In this document: positions 1 to 11,149 of the stretch, piece after piece | Position numbering within the stretch: the stretch's first letter is position 1 | Layout of the letters: every line of letters begins with the position of its first letter | Source: Macrostomum lignano | Taxonomy: Eukaryota | Assembly: GCA_002269645.1 (NCBI GenBank) | Contig: NIVC01001340.1 | Span: 62,001 to 126,000, forward strand | Direction of reading: 5' to 3' | Length of the DNA: 64,000 bases | The notes under the pieces: model-generated | The model's input: the letters and a program-made list of their open reading frames with translations, nothing else | Told to the model about the DNA's origin: nothing | Databases searched by the model: none | Made by a program: the position numbers and the translations under genes

Positions 1-105
1 CCATACTGTAGGCATACTACTGTAACTGCAACACACCTGTACCCATAGCCATACTGTAGGCATACTGTAACTGCAGCACACCTGTACCTGTAGCCATACT
101 GTCTC
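1..105. repeat. Short tandem duplication (~50 bp) in the Delta-like intron
   Basis: ccatactgtaggcatact...gtaactgca..cacacctgtacc occurs twice. Confidence 0.6.
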
Positions 106-208
106 TGCACCGTATTACATAACTGGACTACTAAAGTACTAGCCCACCTGTACCAACCTTACTCTATACTCAGTAAACAGTCATGCAACACATTCGTCCT
201 TCACGCAG

Positions 209-3200
209 GCGGCAGGCGCAGGCTACATGCAGATTCAGTTCTACACCTACAAAAACCACGACAGCCGTTGCCTGGACGGCACCTACTGCGACACGTTCGG
301 CTTTTTCTGGCAGTCACCCTGCGACCCGTCATTCAGGCTCGTAGCGGACAGGGCGACACCTGGAGGGTGAGCTCTGCGGCTATTTTTAAGTATCTCTTAT
401 AGGTGACTATATGCTTCACCTGCTCTCAATCTTGCAGCAACGGCCTACACGACTATCAACAAGCTGGTGAATACTCAAACACGGATTCCGTCAATTTTGG
501 TAGCAAATTTGGCGACGTCTCAAATCCTGTGCCGATAGCAATGAAGTATGAAAACCCGGTGAGACTGTCACAATGAGTATCCTTATTGGCTTTGCAATTG
601 CTGGCGGGCTACACTGTATAGCTTGGGTGAAGAAAGCACTTTCGCGAACCCTAAATTCAAATACCCCACGTCAGCATTTTCCGAAACGGGAAATTCGTTA
701 ATCAGAGAGACGGTTTTTCTGTCGGTAACCAAAGTAGAGGCAGAGAAAGGGTGCAGATTTCTCAGGATACAAAAGTCTGGGCTGACCGAAGTCCTCTCCC
801 CATTGCTCTCCTCCAGGGCTACCTGTACATCACGGTGATGGTGACGGACAGAGATCCAATTCCTCCAGACGACCCGATGGACACCTTCTCGGCAACTCTG
901 ATCGCCAAGAAGAGCGCCACGAAAACCAACTTGGAGCTGAGCAATCCGACAACGTCGCACAGACTCATACTAGCCTACTGGTTCAGCTGCTACGACAAGT
1001 ACTATGGCCAGGATTGCAACACCTTCTGCGAACCGCACAATGACAATGCCACGGGTCACTATACTTGTGATTCGAATGGCGGCAAGGTGTGCATGGAAGG
1101 TGAGTGGCCTAATTCTTCGAATTTATTATCCCCACGTTATCAATTTGCTGATATTCAACTGATGTTCATCATTGAACTGCAGGTTGGATGGGAGACAGCT
1201 GCAAACAGCTGAGGCCCTGCTTGGTCAGTCCCTGTGAGAACGGCGGTACCTGCTCGGATGTTGGCCGAGTTGCCAACTGCGCATGTCCATCGAACTTCAC
1301 CGGCAGTCGCTGTGAGACTGACGTCAACGAGTGTGCAACTGGTGCAAATCCTTGTCTAAACGGAGGCACCTGTGAAAACACTTTTGGTAGCTACATGTGC
1401 ATCTGCTCTCCTGGTTTTACTGGCACTCACTGTCACCTTGATGTGGACGAGTGCGCTGCTGGAATCTCTAACTGCTCAAACGGTGCTACTTGTGTGAACG
1501 GTTTTGGGAATTATTCCTGTGATTGTAGTCCAGGATTCACAGGTACGTACTGTGACGAGGACTTTGACGAGTGCACGACGTCTCCTTGCGTGAACGGCGG
1601 AACCTGTACGAACTCATTCGGGAACTTTACCTGTCAGTGTAAGCCTGGATATACGGGTGGACTTTGTGACCAGGACGTCGATGAATGCTTGACGTCTCCG
1701 TGCGCGAATGGTGGCACCTGTGTGAACACCTTTGGAAGCTACACTTGCTTGTGCCTTCCGGGATTCACAGGAAGACTCTGCAACGAGGACGTCAATGAGT
1801 GCTTGAAGTCGCCTTGCTCAAACGGTGCTACTTGTATAAACACCTTTGGAAACTTCACCTGTGAGTGTACATCTGGATTCACAGGAAGACTCTGCAACGA
1901 GGACGTCAATGAGTGCTTGAAGTCGCCTTGCTCAAACGGTGCTACTTGTACAAACACCTTTGGAAACTTCACCTGTGAGTGTACATCTGGATACACAGGA
2001 AGACTCTGCAACAAGGACATCAATGAGTGCTTGAAGTCGCCTTGCTCAAACGGTGCTACTTGTACAAACACCTTTGGAAACTTCACCTGTGAGTGTACAT
2101 CTGGATACACAGGAAGACTCTGCAACAAGGACATCAATGAGTGCTTGAAGTCGCCTTGCTCAAACGGTGCTACTTGTACAAACACCTTTGGAAACTTCAC
2201 CTGTGAGTGTACATCTGGATACACAGGAAGACTCTGTAACAAGGACATCAATGAGTGCTTGAAGTCGCCTTGCTCAAACGGTGCTACTTGTACAAACACC
2301 TTTGGAAACTTCACCTGTGAGTGTACATCTGGATACACAGGAAGACTCTGCAACGAGGACGTCAATGAGTGCTTGAAGTCGCCTTGCTCAAACGGCGGCA
2401 CTTGTACAAACACCTTTGGAAACTTCACCTGTGAGTGTGCTGATGGATATTCAGGCAGACTTTGTGAACAGGACGTTGATGAGTGCCTAAGCTCACCGTG
2501 CTCCAATGGTGGCACCTGCTTGAATAGGCCAGGCAGTTTCATTTGCAGCTGTCCATCGGGACTCACAGGAACTCTGTGCGATCACGACATCAACGAGTGT
2601 CTGTCGCCAGGCACTTGCCTAAACGGAGCCAATTGCACCAACAGTTTTGGTAACTTCAGCTGCCAGTGCTCGTCAGGCTTCACTGGACGTCAGTGCGAAC
2701 TGGACATCGACGAGTGCTTGCAGTCATCGCCCAGATGCGCGAACGGCGGAACCTGCGCAAACACAGCTGGAGGCTTCAGCTGCCGCTGTCCATCTGGATT
2801 CTCTGGTCGCCTGTGCGAGCTCGATGTCGACGAGTGCACAACTTTGCCAGCGCCCTGCAAAAACGGCGGAACCTGCGAGAACAGTTTTGGGAACTTTAGC
2901 TGCCACTGCTCAAGCGGCTTCTCAGGACAGTTCTGTGACAAGGATGTTGACGAGTGCTCATTGGATGCTTCACCTTGTCAGAATGGCGGCACTTGTAAGA
3001 ATAACTTCGGCGGTTTCACCTGTGAATGCCAGCGAGGCTTCAACGGCAGTCGTTGCCAGGAGTCGCTGTGCACCGATGGCTACTGCGCCAACAACGGGAC
3101 CTGCACCCTGTCAGCTGACAGCGGAGGCATGAAGTGTCTCTGCCTGCCCGCTTTTAGCGGCAGCCGATGCGAGCTCGGCCCCGACTGGGTGAATTGCAGC

Positions 3201-4298
3201 GATTCCTCAAACACTTCGGCTGTGTGCCTCAACGGTGGCAGCTGTCAGGTGGCCCCGACAGGTCGGCATCGATGCAGCTGTGCTCCAGGTTTCTCAGGAG
3301 CGGCCTGCGAGCTGCGAGCGGTGGCTGAGTCAGCCGCCAACTCTGGTCTCGATGCCTGGCAGAAGTCCATCATCGTTTCTAGCGCCTCCGTCGCTGGTTG
3401 CGTTCTGCTAGTCGCAGTGGTCGCAGGTGTTGCTCTGGTAAAGAGCGGTCGACTTTCCAGGTGAGTTTTTTGCCTCTGCTTAATACTTGCATTGTCCATA
3501 TTAATGTCAGAGACGCTGTTTAGCAAAGGGCCACTGCTATTACATGTACGAACGTTTCATGTATGAAGACGTACATTTACCGTGTCGTTAACGTTCAGAA
3601 CAGCCTTCAGAGGAGTTCTCCGTTATTTTACGCGTTACGAGCGTACGTTTTCCTGCTATTAATGTTCTTTTGTTGAACAGCGGTCCAGACATTGTTAACT
3701 CTAGACATTGATCCCTCAAGAAGTTATTGTTACAATCGGTAGAATTATATTTCCAGGCCCACCAGCGGCTCCTCTGCAGGCTCTCCCGAACACTTCGACA
3801 ACTATGTCTACGCGAATCCGTGAGTTTCCCAAGCAGAAATCTGTGCTGTTTTTTGTTATACTGTTTTTTTCAGGGAAACCTCTTTTTGCTCGGAGGGGAA
3901 GCCAAACCAGGAAATGGCCGGCGAAGCGAGCAAAGTGGCTTTCCTGACTTTTGTATTTTTTATTACCTGTTTAATTGGTTATTTATTGTAATCTTACAGC
4001 GCTTCGGATGAGCCGATCTACTCAGACGTGACAGCTTCCAGGTGAGAATACGTAAAGTGCTTATAATCTGACACTGATTTGACAAGTCGATCAGATTTCA
4101 AACTATCACCCTATGCAGTGTCTAGTAGCCTCAAATGGGATCCTCCATCCAATTTCAGATCCCAGTCGGTGGCTAACGTGAGACCGTAAGTTTGCTGCTG
4201 TTTTAAGACATGCTAAAATTATTTGCTAGGAATCAAAACCCCGGCAGAGTTTTAATTATTCAACACTTTACAGACCTGACATCTACCATCAGTATTAA
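209..4298 (+). CDS. Delta/Serrate-family Notch ligand (MNNL, DSL, 18 EGF-like repeats, TM, short cytoplasmic tail); first exon(s) lie upstream of the window
   Basis: GT-AG exons that join in frame: 209-366, 438-558, 817-1099, 1183-3460, 4000-4041, 4126-4185, 4274-4298. N-terminal [13 protein letters not shown]...C...C..F resembles MNNL. The DSL motif [40 protein letters not shown]|WMGDSC is split by intron 1100-1182. 18 EGF repeats counted, mostly the Ca-binding D-x-D/N-E-C type, then [26 protein letters not shown]. The tail exons are less certain. Confidence 0.9.
1761..2438 (+). repeat. Coding tandem repeat: ~6 near-identical 114-bp units, each one EGF module
   Basis: ggattcacaggaagactctgc at 1761 and 1875 gives a 114-bp period; the protein repeats D(V/I)[28 protein letters not shown](F/Y)TGRLCN. 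Confidence 0.95.
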
Positions 4299-4602
4299 CT
4301 GCGTGGACAATCAGCACGCCATATTGCAGTCTCTCTTTTGGCGTGTGCAACGAGTACAACGAGCATGTTGTTCTATTTTTAGCATTGACCTCGTTAAGAA
4401 AACAATTAATGAAAAAAACTGCAAGAGACATTTTATATCTGTTGTTTTTTTCAAGTATGGCAACCACGGTTTTTACAAAAGGTTGTGCGATGATAGTGTA
4501 GCTGCAGGGCATGTGGCAAAACAGATGGTGTAAACATGTTTTTGTTATTCTTATGCATTGAATTTTTATAGGCTCATCTCACTGCAGCGATAACTAAAAA
4601 AA

Positions 4603-6135
4603 AACTAGGCTAGACTTATAACTACCATGAGGTCCTTGTTACATGTACATACTATTCGATTGACACACGATTGAAAATTGATGCAAAAGTGTTTGTACGC
4701 AAAATCGCATCCAATTTTGTTTGATTTATATCTTATTTATTTTAATTCATTATTCAATCAATTTATTAATTTGAACTGCATGTAAGAACTGTTGCATATA
4801 CTTAACTTTTACCTAGCATCAGGATGGTTATAGAATGGCTCTTTGTGTGATATGCAAGTGCATATTTCTAAAGAATACTCGTATACCGTACTGCTGCGTG
4901 TGTTGCAAACGTCTATATTTTCCTGTACATAATGCTATACTAATACTAACACGAGCGTACTACGGACGTACGGTATATGGTTCGGGTCATGTAAGAACTC
5001 CATAGACAGTGTCTAGGGTCCATGAGAATTGCCCGCAGACGAATTTGCCCGCCGAGATTTTCCCGCAGTGCTTTTTTCCTGTAGCGCATTTTGGCCACGC
5101 GGCAGATTTTGTCTGCATCGCCTCCCCAATGCAGTAAGCTTTAATAAAGAGATTACCCGATCAAAATGTTTTGATAGTGAGACTGCATATCAAATGCATT
5201 TTGGGGGGGAGGGCAGACAGAATCCAGCTGCCAAATGCGCTGCAGAAAAAAACATCGCGAGCAATTCTCGGCGGGAAAAAACTCTGAGGGCAATTCTCGG
5301 CGGGCAATTCTCGGTGGGCAATTCTCGGCGGGCAATTCTCGGCGGGAAAAAACTCTGCGGGCAATTCTCGGCGGGCAATTCTCGGTGGGCAATTCTCGGC
5401 GGGCAATTCTCGGCGGGCAATTCTCGGCGGGAAAAAACTCTGCGGGCAATTCTCGGCGGGCAATTCTCGGTGAGCAATTCTCGGCGGGCAATTCTCGGCG
5501 GGAAAAAACTCTGCGGGCAATTCTCGGCGGGCAATTCTCGGCGGGAAAAAACTCTGCGGGCAATTCTCGGCGGGCAATTCTCGGCGGGCAATTCTCGGCG
5601 GGCAATTCTCGGCGGGCAATTCTCGGCGGGCAATTCTCGGCGGGCAATTCTCGGCGGGCAATTCTCGGTGGGCAATTCTCGGCGGGCAATTCTCGGTGGG
5701 CAATTCTCGGCGGGCAATTCTCGGCGGGCAATTCTCGGCGGGAAAAAAACTCTGCGGGCAATTCTCGGCGGGCAATTCTCGGTGGGCAATTCTCGGTGGG
5801 CAATTCTCGGCGGGCAATTCTCGGCGGGCAATTCTCGGCGGGCAATTCTCGGCGGGCAATTCTCGGCGGGCAATTCTCGGTGGGCAATTCTCGGCGGGCA
5901 ATTCTCGGCGGGCAATTCTCGGTGGGCAATTCTCGGCGGGCAATTCTCGGTGGGCAATTCTCGGCGGGCAATTCTCGGCGGGCAATTCTCGGCGGGCAAT
6001 TCTCGTGCTTTTTTTTTCTAAAACAACTAGGCTAGACTTATAACTACCATGTGGTCCTTGTTACATGTACATACTATTCGATTGACACACGATTGAAAAT
6101 TGAGGCAAAAATGTTTGTACGCAAAATCGCATCCA
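4603..6135. repeat. 111-bp direct repeat pair (4603-4713 and 6025-6135) bracketing the 14-bp satellite element
   Basis: aactaggctagacttataactaccatg...gcaaaatcgcatcca is present at both positions with few mismatches. Confidence 0.9.
5021..6007. mobile_element. Foldback/MITE-like non-autonomous element whose right subterminal repeat is expanded into a 14-bp satellite (GGGCAATTCTCGGC)n, 5263-6007
   Basis: Left end CATGAGAATTGCCCGC (5021) is the reverse complement, with 1 mismatch, of right end GCGGGCAATTCTCGTG (ends 6007). Degenerate inverted units at 5021-5070. No TSD found. Confidence 0.6.
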
Positions 6136-6758
6136 TTTTTTTATTATGTTATTCATTTTAATTCATTATTCATGCATACATATTAAACGTGTTAAAAAGT
6201 TGGCTACAAGTACACATGTTACTGCCTATCTCACGCATAAATAAAACTGTCATTTTTGGTAATTATCGTCATTTTCATATCATTATTTTTTTCTACGAGC
6301 GTACAAGTACAGTAGTGAATAACTAGCTGTTATAATTAATACATAGCTATGCATCCATAATGAACTACCTATATATAAGCTATACATTGTTATCAACATT
6401 ACATCTCGCATTTATTTGATTTGCACAGCAGGAAAAAATCGAAAAGGATAAAACTGCCTTTAAGAAAAATATTAAATGTAGTTAATTCAATTTGAATTGT
6501 GCAAAATCTATCTTTTTTAAAAACCTCAATAATAAAGTGCTAAATTGCATATCAAATTGTACATAATGTGCAGTTTGATTAGCACATTTATTTACATAGG
6601 AATTATATAAACACCTATAAGCATTTGAATGTACATGTAATGGTTATAGAGAGTGACGTCACTGTCGGCCAGGAAAGCGCCATTAAAGTACAGCTTGGAC
6701 TTGCCCGTCACGTCTGAGACGTCAAAGGCGGCAGCCGCCAGTACTCTGTAAAGCTGCT

Positions 6759-7349
6759 TCAATCGGTCAGCTCGATGAAGATGCTCACTTTAGGCGTCCT
6801 GCTCCCCTCCATGAGCCAGGTGAAGGAGCTGTTGAAGTCGAGGCCCCGCGTGTCCGTCACCCACATCCGCGACGTTGCGCTGTCCATCCTGGCGCCGTCG
6901 CTGGTCCAGGCGACCCCGGCGTGCTCGACGGAGTTCCTCTGGCCGCGGGCGTCGCAGACCAGATTTTCCAGCCGGGGCCCGCGGTTGCCGACCCACACGG
7001 CGGAGAAGTGCCGGTTGGCGACCAGGACGTCCAGCTCGGAGTCCACGAACAGCTCGCAGTCAGCCGGGCTCAGCGTGGGGTCGTCGAGCGGGCTGCTCAG
7101 TCTGAGCAGGTGGCAGACTCGGCTGAACAGGAACAGCGAGCAGGCGGAGCTGCGCCGGTGCCGCTGCACCGGGGAGGCGGCGGGAGCGGGCAGGGCCCAG
7201 GCGGCCAGGCTGAGGCAGGGCCGCCAGAAAGCGGGCAGGTAGGCGGCGGAGGCGGTCGGCGGCAGGACGACAAAGGAGAGCAGAAAGCAGGCCGCAGCAG
7301 CGGGGCTGCGAAGTCTTTGACGATCGACATGTCGATGATCTGCTGCTTC
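6759..7349 (-). CDS. Terminal exon of an unknown secreted or type II membrane protein (hydrophobic segment, furin-like RHRR site, Cys-containing globular domain); start exon not identified
   Basis: Acceptor aatctctccag at 7350, then an open GC-rich frame EAADHRHVDRQRLRSPAAAACFLLSFVVLPPTASAAYLPAFW...VQRHRRSSACSLFLFSRVCHLL...KVSIFIELTD*. The ORF track shows only 6759-7169 of this frame. Confidence 0.6.
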   Translation of the reverse strand, partial: EAADHRHVDRQRLRSPAAAACFLLSFVVLPPTASAAYLPAFWRPCLSLAAWALPAPAASPVQRHRRSSACSLFLFSRVCHLLRLSSPLDDPTLSPADCELFVDSELDVLVANRHFSAVWVGNRGPRLENLVCDARGQRNSVEHAGVAWTSDGARMDSATSRMWVTDTRGLDFNSSFTWLMEGSRTPKVSIFIELTD

Positions 7350-7877
7350 CTGGAGAGATTTTTGCAGAAATTGGAGAAAGTTTTGTTAATATAGAGCTGC
7401 TCCAGACGGACTAATTGATTTTTGAGTGCTGCGATTGTTGAGTCAATGACTGCTTGTTACACTCGGCAGACGGCTCTAAACTGCATGCTCTGTTGATGGC
7501 GTTAAGTAGTCTCTCTGTTTGCTTTTCTGCATTTCTGCATCTAAATGCATATCAGCATTACAGGCGTTTGCCTTGGGCCTGCGCCCACCCCTCGCCAGCA
7601 GCAGGGGGGCTCGCGAGAGTGGCGTCTGCAATCTTCGTACGGGCTGGAGACTCGGACCCGAACGACTTCATCCAGCTGTTCCAGTGCAGCAGGTGTTGCC
7701 GGCTCAGCCGTCAGTGAATGGCGCGGTTGACGGATGACTTCGGGGCAGGCAAGCTTGACCCGTGGAGAGTTTTTGATGTCAGCTTTGTGCAGCTGCTCAG
7801 CACATTGGATGATGGCCAGGACTTCGGATTAAATATCTGGGACATTCTCATCAAGGATATCCTCACCAAAGATTCCT

Positions 7878-8132
7878 CATTCCTTACCACAGATTCCTTA
7901 CCACAGATTCCTTACCACAGATTCCTTACCACAGATTCCTTACCACAGATTCCTCACCACAGATTCCTTACCACAGATTCCTTACCACAGATTCCTCACC
8001 ACAGATTCCTTACCACAGATTTTTTACCACAGATTCCTCACCACAGATTCCTTACCACAGATTCCTTACCACAGATTTTTTACCACAGATTCCTTACCAC
8101 AGATTCCTTACCACAGATTCCTTACCACAGAT
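7878..8132. repeat. 14-bp minisatellite (GATTCCTTACCACA)n immediately 5' of the LINE endonuclease region
   Basis: Repeated acagattccttacc units read directly. Confidence 0.9.
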
Positions 8133-8159
8133 TACCACATCGAGCCCCAGCCGTACCAC

Positions 8160-10113
8160 AGGGCACGAATTGGGTTGGGACGCTCAACTGCCGCACGCTC
8201 AAGGCCGCCTGGCGGAGACGGGCTCAGGCAAAGCAAGCGCTCGACCTAAGCTGTGACGTCATCGCACTGCAGGAGGTGTCTATCAAAGCTGATCCAGGGC
8301 TTTACTGTGAGGATCTGGGCGCCAGATGGACCCTCTACTACACATCGACGGACCAACGAGGCCGTGGAGGAGTTGGAGCGCTGGTCGGACCGAGGCTGCA
8401 GCAGAGCTGTCGCTGCGTCTCTCTGTCCACTTGTCTGCTCCGGGTCGACGTTCGGCTTTGCGACCGGAACACTCGCCTGTTCTGCGCGTATGCGCCTCCT
8501 GCTACCCAACCTGACGAGGCTCAAGAATTCTTTGAGCATCGATCTCGGCACAGATGGAGGCAACGGCGCAGCGTGACACAGTGATAATCCTAGGAGACCT
8601 GAACGCGGTTTCGCGTAGGTCCGAGCGTTCACTGTTCGTCACACCGCGTGAGAACGGCAACACCGGAGCGCTGGAGGACTGCCTAGGGAGGCAGGGCATG
8701 GTGTCGGCCAACACCCGCTTCCGCAAGCCCCCCCCCCCCGGCAGGCTCGCAACTTTTGTGGGCTGCAAGCGCAGGCGGCGGAACGCGCGTGACCGGAACG
8801 CGACACGGAGGCAGGCACAGCTCGATCATGTGCTGGTGCGCTTCCGCGAGCGCCGCCGCGTAGTCACTTGCCGCGCCATTACGCCGCTGGCTCTGCGGTC
8901 CGATCATCGACTCCTCGTCTCCGACCTTCGTCTTCGCGATCCGCTCTTACCGTCTGGCGAAGCGGCCACCGCAGCGCTACTACCACGCGCTCAGGGACGC
9001 CAACACGCACAGCCGCATTGCTAGCGCTTCATCACTGTGATCCTGATTGTTATCTTCATAGATTTCAAGAAGGCATTCGACTCGGTCGTCAGGTCTGTGC
9101 TCCCAAAGGTGCTCCGTGCGTACAACGTGCCAGAGCAGCTGATTTCCGCCATCATGGCGATGTACCATGATACGAAAGCTGCTTTTTAACACCGGACGGC
9201 CTATCGGACTTCTTTGAGACATCCTCCAGGGTGCTTCAAGGAGATACGCTTGCGCCGTTCCTGTTCGTTCTGGTACTTGACTAGGTGCTGCGGACCGCTC
9301 TTCCTACCAACGACGACGGCTTTCTGTTGCGGCGACACGTGGGTCAACGTCAACCGGAGAGGCGACTCAGCGTGCTTGGCTACGCCGACGACCTCGCCCT
9401 GCTGTCCTCAACTGTCAAGGGCGCCCAGTGACAACTGGACAAGATAGTTGCGGCTGCGGCGAGTGTCGGCCTGGTGGTCAACTGTCGTGCTCTGCATGCG
9501 TGCCGGACGACATCGAAGCTGCGATTTTGTGCCGAGGCGCTGATGGACAGGCGACAGAGCTTCCGCGTTGTCAGCAGTTCGTCTGCCTCGGCGGTCTGGT
9601 TCCCGGCGTCCGCGATCGGATTTGCAGCGTCGCCGCGGGCTTGCCTGGGCTGCCTTTCGTTCTATGAGGACAGTCTGCAGTCCAGGGCTTACCTGACCGC
9701 CAGAGGGCGGCCTAATTGTTCCAGGTGGTGATCGAGACCGTCCTGCTGTACAACGCCGAGACCTGGACGCTGACGGATTCGCTTGAGCAACAAGTTGACG
9801 CGTCGCACGCTGGCCTGCTGCGCACCGCCTTCAAGATCGGCTTCGTATCGCCGCGCTGGCCTGCAAATGGTCCGTCCAATTGCGACCTGTTGTGCCGTCG
9901 GCGACTCCAGCTGGCAGGCCACATCATCCGTGCCGAGTCGTACTGCCGAGAACCGGTGCAGAGGTGCTGCTAACGCTACAGGCACCCTACCGACGGGGGC
10001 AGGCGCGCACTCGGCGTTTCTTCGACTGCCAGCTGCTGGCTGACGCCGGCGCCCCGGATTACGCCGGCGGCGTGGCGTTCATTCGCGACCTGGCATTGAG
10101 GCGCGAATTATGA
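8160..10113 (+). mobile_element. Degenerate non-LTR retrotransposon (APE endonuclease + RT, RTE-like), frameshifted and internally deleted
   Basis: APE motifs VGTLNCRTL, DVIALQEV, GGVG, AYAP, IILGDLNA, QLDHVLV, SDHRLL. RT motifs DFKKAFDSV, GVLQGDTLAPFLF, GYADDLALL. C-terminal LLYNAETWTL is typical of RTE-type elements. Motifs lie in different frames with stops. The 5' boundary may extend to ~7460. Confidence 0.88.
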
Positions 10114-11149
10114 CGCTAAATGCGTAATTCTGTTGTGTACGTGTACATGTACTTCTTAACTACTCAACCGAAATCGCCTTTTGAGAACCTTGGAGGATCG
10201 ACATTCTGTTTCTCAAACTTAGCAGATCTTGTCTCTGTGCCATTCTTAGCAGATCTTCTCAATCTGCTCGGTTCTTGCAGGAAGGGAAGTACATTTGTTC
10301 TAGCTTTATTATTATTTATATTTTATGGCAAATGAGACAATAAATTTATTAAAATATGCGATTCCAAGCTATAAAAAGATATAAAAGTTAAGATCTTGTA
10401 CGATGTAGCAAGATAACATTTTTTAAGAATCAACAAGTCAATGTCTTCTAGGGAATGAACTGCGCTTTCCATCAAGCTCCGATCATACATCACCCGTTTC
10501 AACATTCTCAATAATACCCTATTAATATTTTCTGTTTTAGAATTCCATATTAAAATACTTGTCGTTCCGTATAGTTTGATGAGGACGCACTTTTTTCCAA
10601 ACCCCGCGCTAGCACATGGGCTCTAAACTTACTAGCCTACTAACAGTAGGCAATGGGCATTTTTATCCTTTTTCTGCGAATTGTCATAGAATCTATACTT
10701 GATATGTTTGGTCATACTAGTAGTCATAATAACATAGGCGCAGCTTTTTGGGTCATAAATCATCGCTATCGAAGCTGGTCTGACAGCCACCTGCGCCTCA
10801 CTCAGTGTTGAGGCGGGCGCCAGATGGTCTGAGAGGATGCGGGCGGTAGCTTTTTTCTCATCATTTTGACAGGCCATCAAGATTTATGAGGTCAGAGCCT
10901 ATTGTTCGTGTTCACTCAAGCGTGTGACAGCTTTGACAGCTATGCGTTTTACCCCTAAAAGTACTTTGGGATTAGCGATTAGCGATTTCTCTTCATTATC
11001 TTCACTTTCTATTTAATAAGAGCTTTCTAATGTATATTTTTTCATTAATTTCTGTCAATCCTACGCTAAAAGTCATAAATCATTTTGTTGCGATTTTGAT
11101 TGATTTATGGCCGCACCTGTCATCTTTTTACGACCCTGTGGGAACTGAT

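Noticed and set aside
1739-3132. Antisense and shadow ORFs over the EGF exon, and similar ones over NIT2, the hnRNP L-like genes and the Y-box gene
   Set aside because: By-products of GC-rich, codon-biased true exons.
5029-6043. Long ORFs in several frames (GNSRRAILGGQFSA / PAENCPPRIARREL)
   Set aside because: Translation of a stop-free 14-bp satellite, not genes. The same applies to the ORFs over arrays at 18370-18973, 19725-20471, 27933-28519, 30126-30881, 32212-33999, 36385-37099 and 40510-41667.
10323-10880. Short minus-strand ORFs as the missing first exon of the 6759-7349 gene
   Set aside because: No convincing ATG/donor pair or recognisable motif.
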